DNA of 63,030 nucleotides, counting the filler, from Hyphochytrium catenoides (taxonomy: Eukaryota > Protista > Hyphochytriomycota), in assembly GCA_900088475.1 (NCBI GenBank). It is 8 parts of 8 records of this genome, joined end to end, with 100 filler letters (N's around TTAATTAATTAA, not from the genome) between each part and the next. Parts side by side here need not be neighbours in the genome. Positions count along the whole stretch, not along the records: positions 61,831 to 63,030 come from FLMG01001716.1; 7 more parts are not named here. One strand, written 5' to 3'. Of the stretch, positions 62,201-63,030 are shown one piece after another. A program made the position numbers and the translations under genes. Below the pieces are notes generated by a model. That model ran no database searches and was not told where the DNA came from. It was given only the letters and a program-made list of their open reading frames with translations. Position 1 is the first letter of the stretch; every line of letters begins with the position of its first letter.

Positions 62201-63030
62201 CCTCCCCGCAGGTCTAGACTCCTCAAGTGTCCACCGCCATCCGCCTTGTCCTCCCCGGAAGGTAGATTTTGTCTTACGGAAGTGGAGGGGACAATTCCGA
62301 ATTCTGGAAGAACTTCTCGGAACTGAGGTGCAGGTAACACCTTCGTAAGAATGTCGGCAGTCATCTTCTTGGTTGGACAGTGTTGCAATTCCAAGACTTT
62401 GCGATTCACCTGATCCCTGACTACACAGTGTTTGACATCAATATATTTCAATTTTGGTCTCGGCATCTCGCAGACTGTTATTGTGCTCTTGTTATCTTGA
62501 TGTGCGAGGATGGGTCTGCTTAGTGGACACGGCAGCTCCTGTAAGAAATAAGAGATGTGTTCTGCATGTTTGGCTCCGGTCCACATTGAGATGCACTTTG
62601 CTTCATTGTTGAAGAGGCAACTATTTCTTGCTTCTTAGCCTTCCAACTGAAAGCACCGTTTCCGAGAACAAGAAAGTAGCCAAAGATGGAAATCCTGTCG
62701 TTGAGATCAGTCTTCGCCCAATCTGCATCTGCGAAGAGTTGTAGTGTTGTTGGACTCTGATTGTTCTCTGGGTTTGATGTTCCTCCTAGACTAAGCAGTA
62801 GTCGGCAGTTCCTTTCAGGTATCTCAGAATTCGCTTAACTGCAGCCCAATGCGTCTGCCTATAGTTGGTCATATGCTGGCTAACTGCTTGTACTGCGAAG
62901 GCTATATCCGGCCTGGAGGCTACCGTAAGATGTTGGATTATATGGGATGATTGGACAATGTCATTAGATGAGAGTGCTCGACTTGTAAGCCCAACTGGGG
63001 TCCCATAATCTAGAGCTATTCTGACTATGC
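62201..63030 (-). mobile_element. Ty1/copia LTR retrotransposon, RT C-terminus + RNase H, frameshifted; polypurine tract at 62201-62209
   Basis: SRPDIAFAV..SQHM..HWAAVKRILRYLKGT; FADADWA; SWKAKKQEIVASST; DNKSTI; KYIDVKH; MTADILTK. Frameshifts near 62795 and 62605. PPT GCGGGGAGG lies immediately before TGTTG. Confidence 0.93.

Overview
Eukaryotic, intron-rich genomic DNA using the standard code and GT-AG introns, saturated with (GA)n/(CT)n microsatellites. The gene content (WRKY19-type zinc-finger repeats, long plant/stramenopile-type NadA, PH-START-EDR2) suggests a stramenopile-like protist, but that is inference. The window is a scaffold with about 10 N gaps, seven of them carrying an artificial TTAATTAATTAA spacer. 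Most short ORFs in the track are microsatellite artefacts. By manual splicing I reconstruct: EDR2-like PH-START protein, NPRL3, Asteroid/XPG-like nuclease, DIM1 (partial), a 16-zinc-finger WRKY19-like protein, a tandem pair of orphan GPI-anchored surface-protein genes (one intact, one pseudogene), a Dabb protein, intronless quinolinate synthase, an ARM-repeat protein, an MSS51_C + CS(PIH1-like) fusion, a tandem thioredoxin-fold protein with one Cys-less domain, a monoglyceride-lipase-like hydrolase, an A1 aspartic protease and a decayed Ty1/copia element with its 3' LTR. I see no tRNA, rRNA or CRISPR array, and I cannot demonstrate a single new multi-gene system. The best leads are introns with complementary GA-rich/CT-rich arms, two unusual domain architectures, the orphan surface-protein family and a structured double-hairpin element near 20.6 kb. 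All family assignments come from motif recognition by eye; no searches were run.
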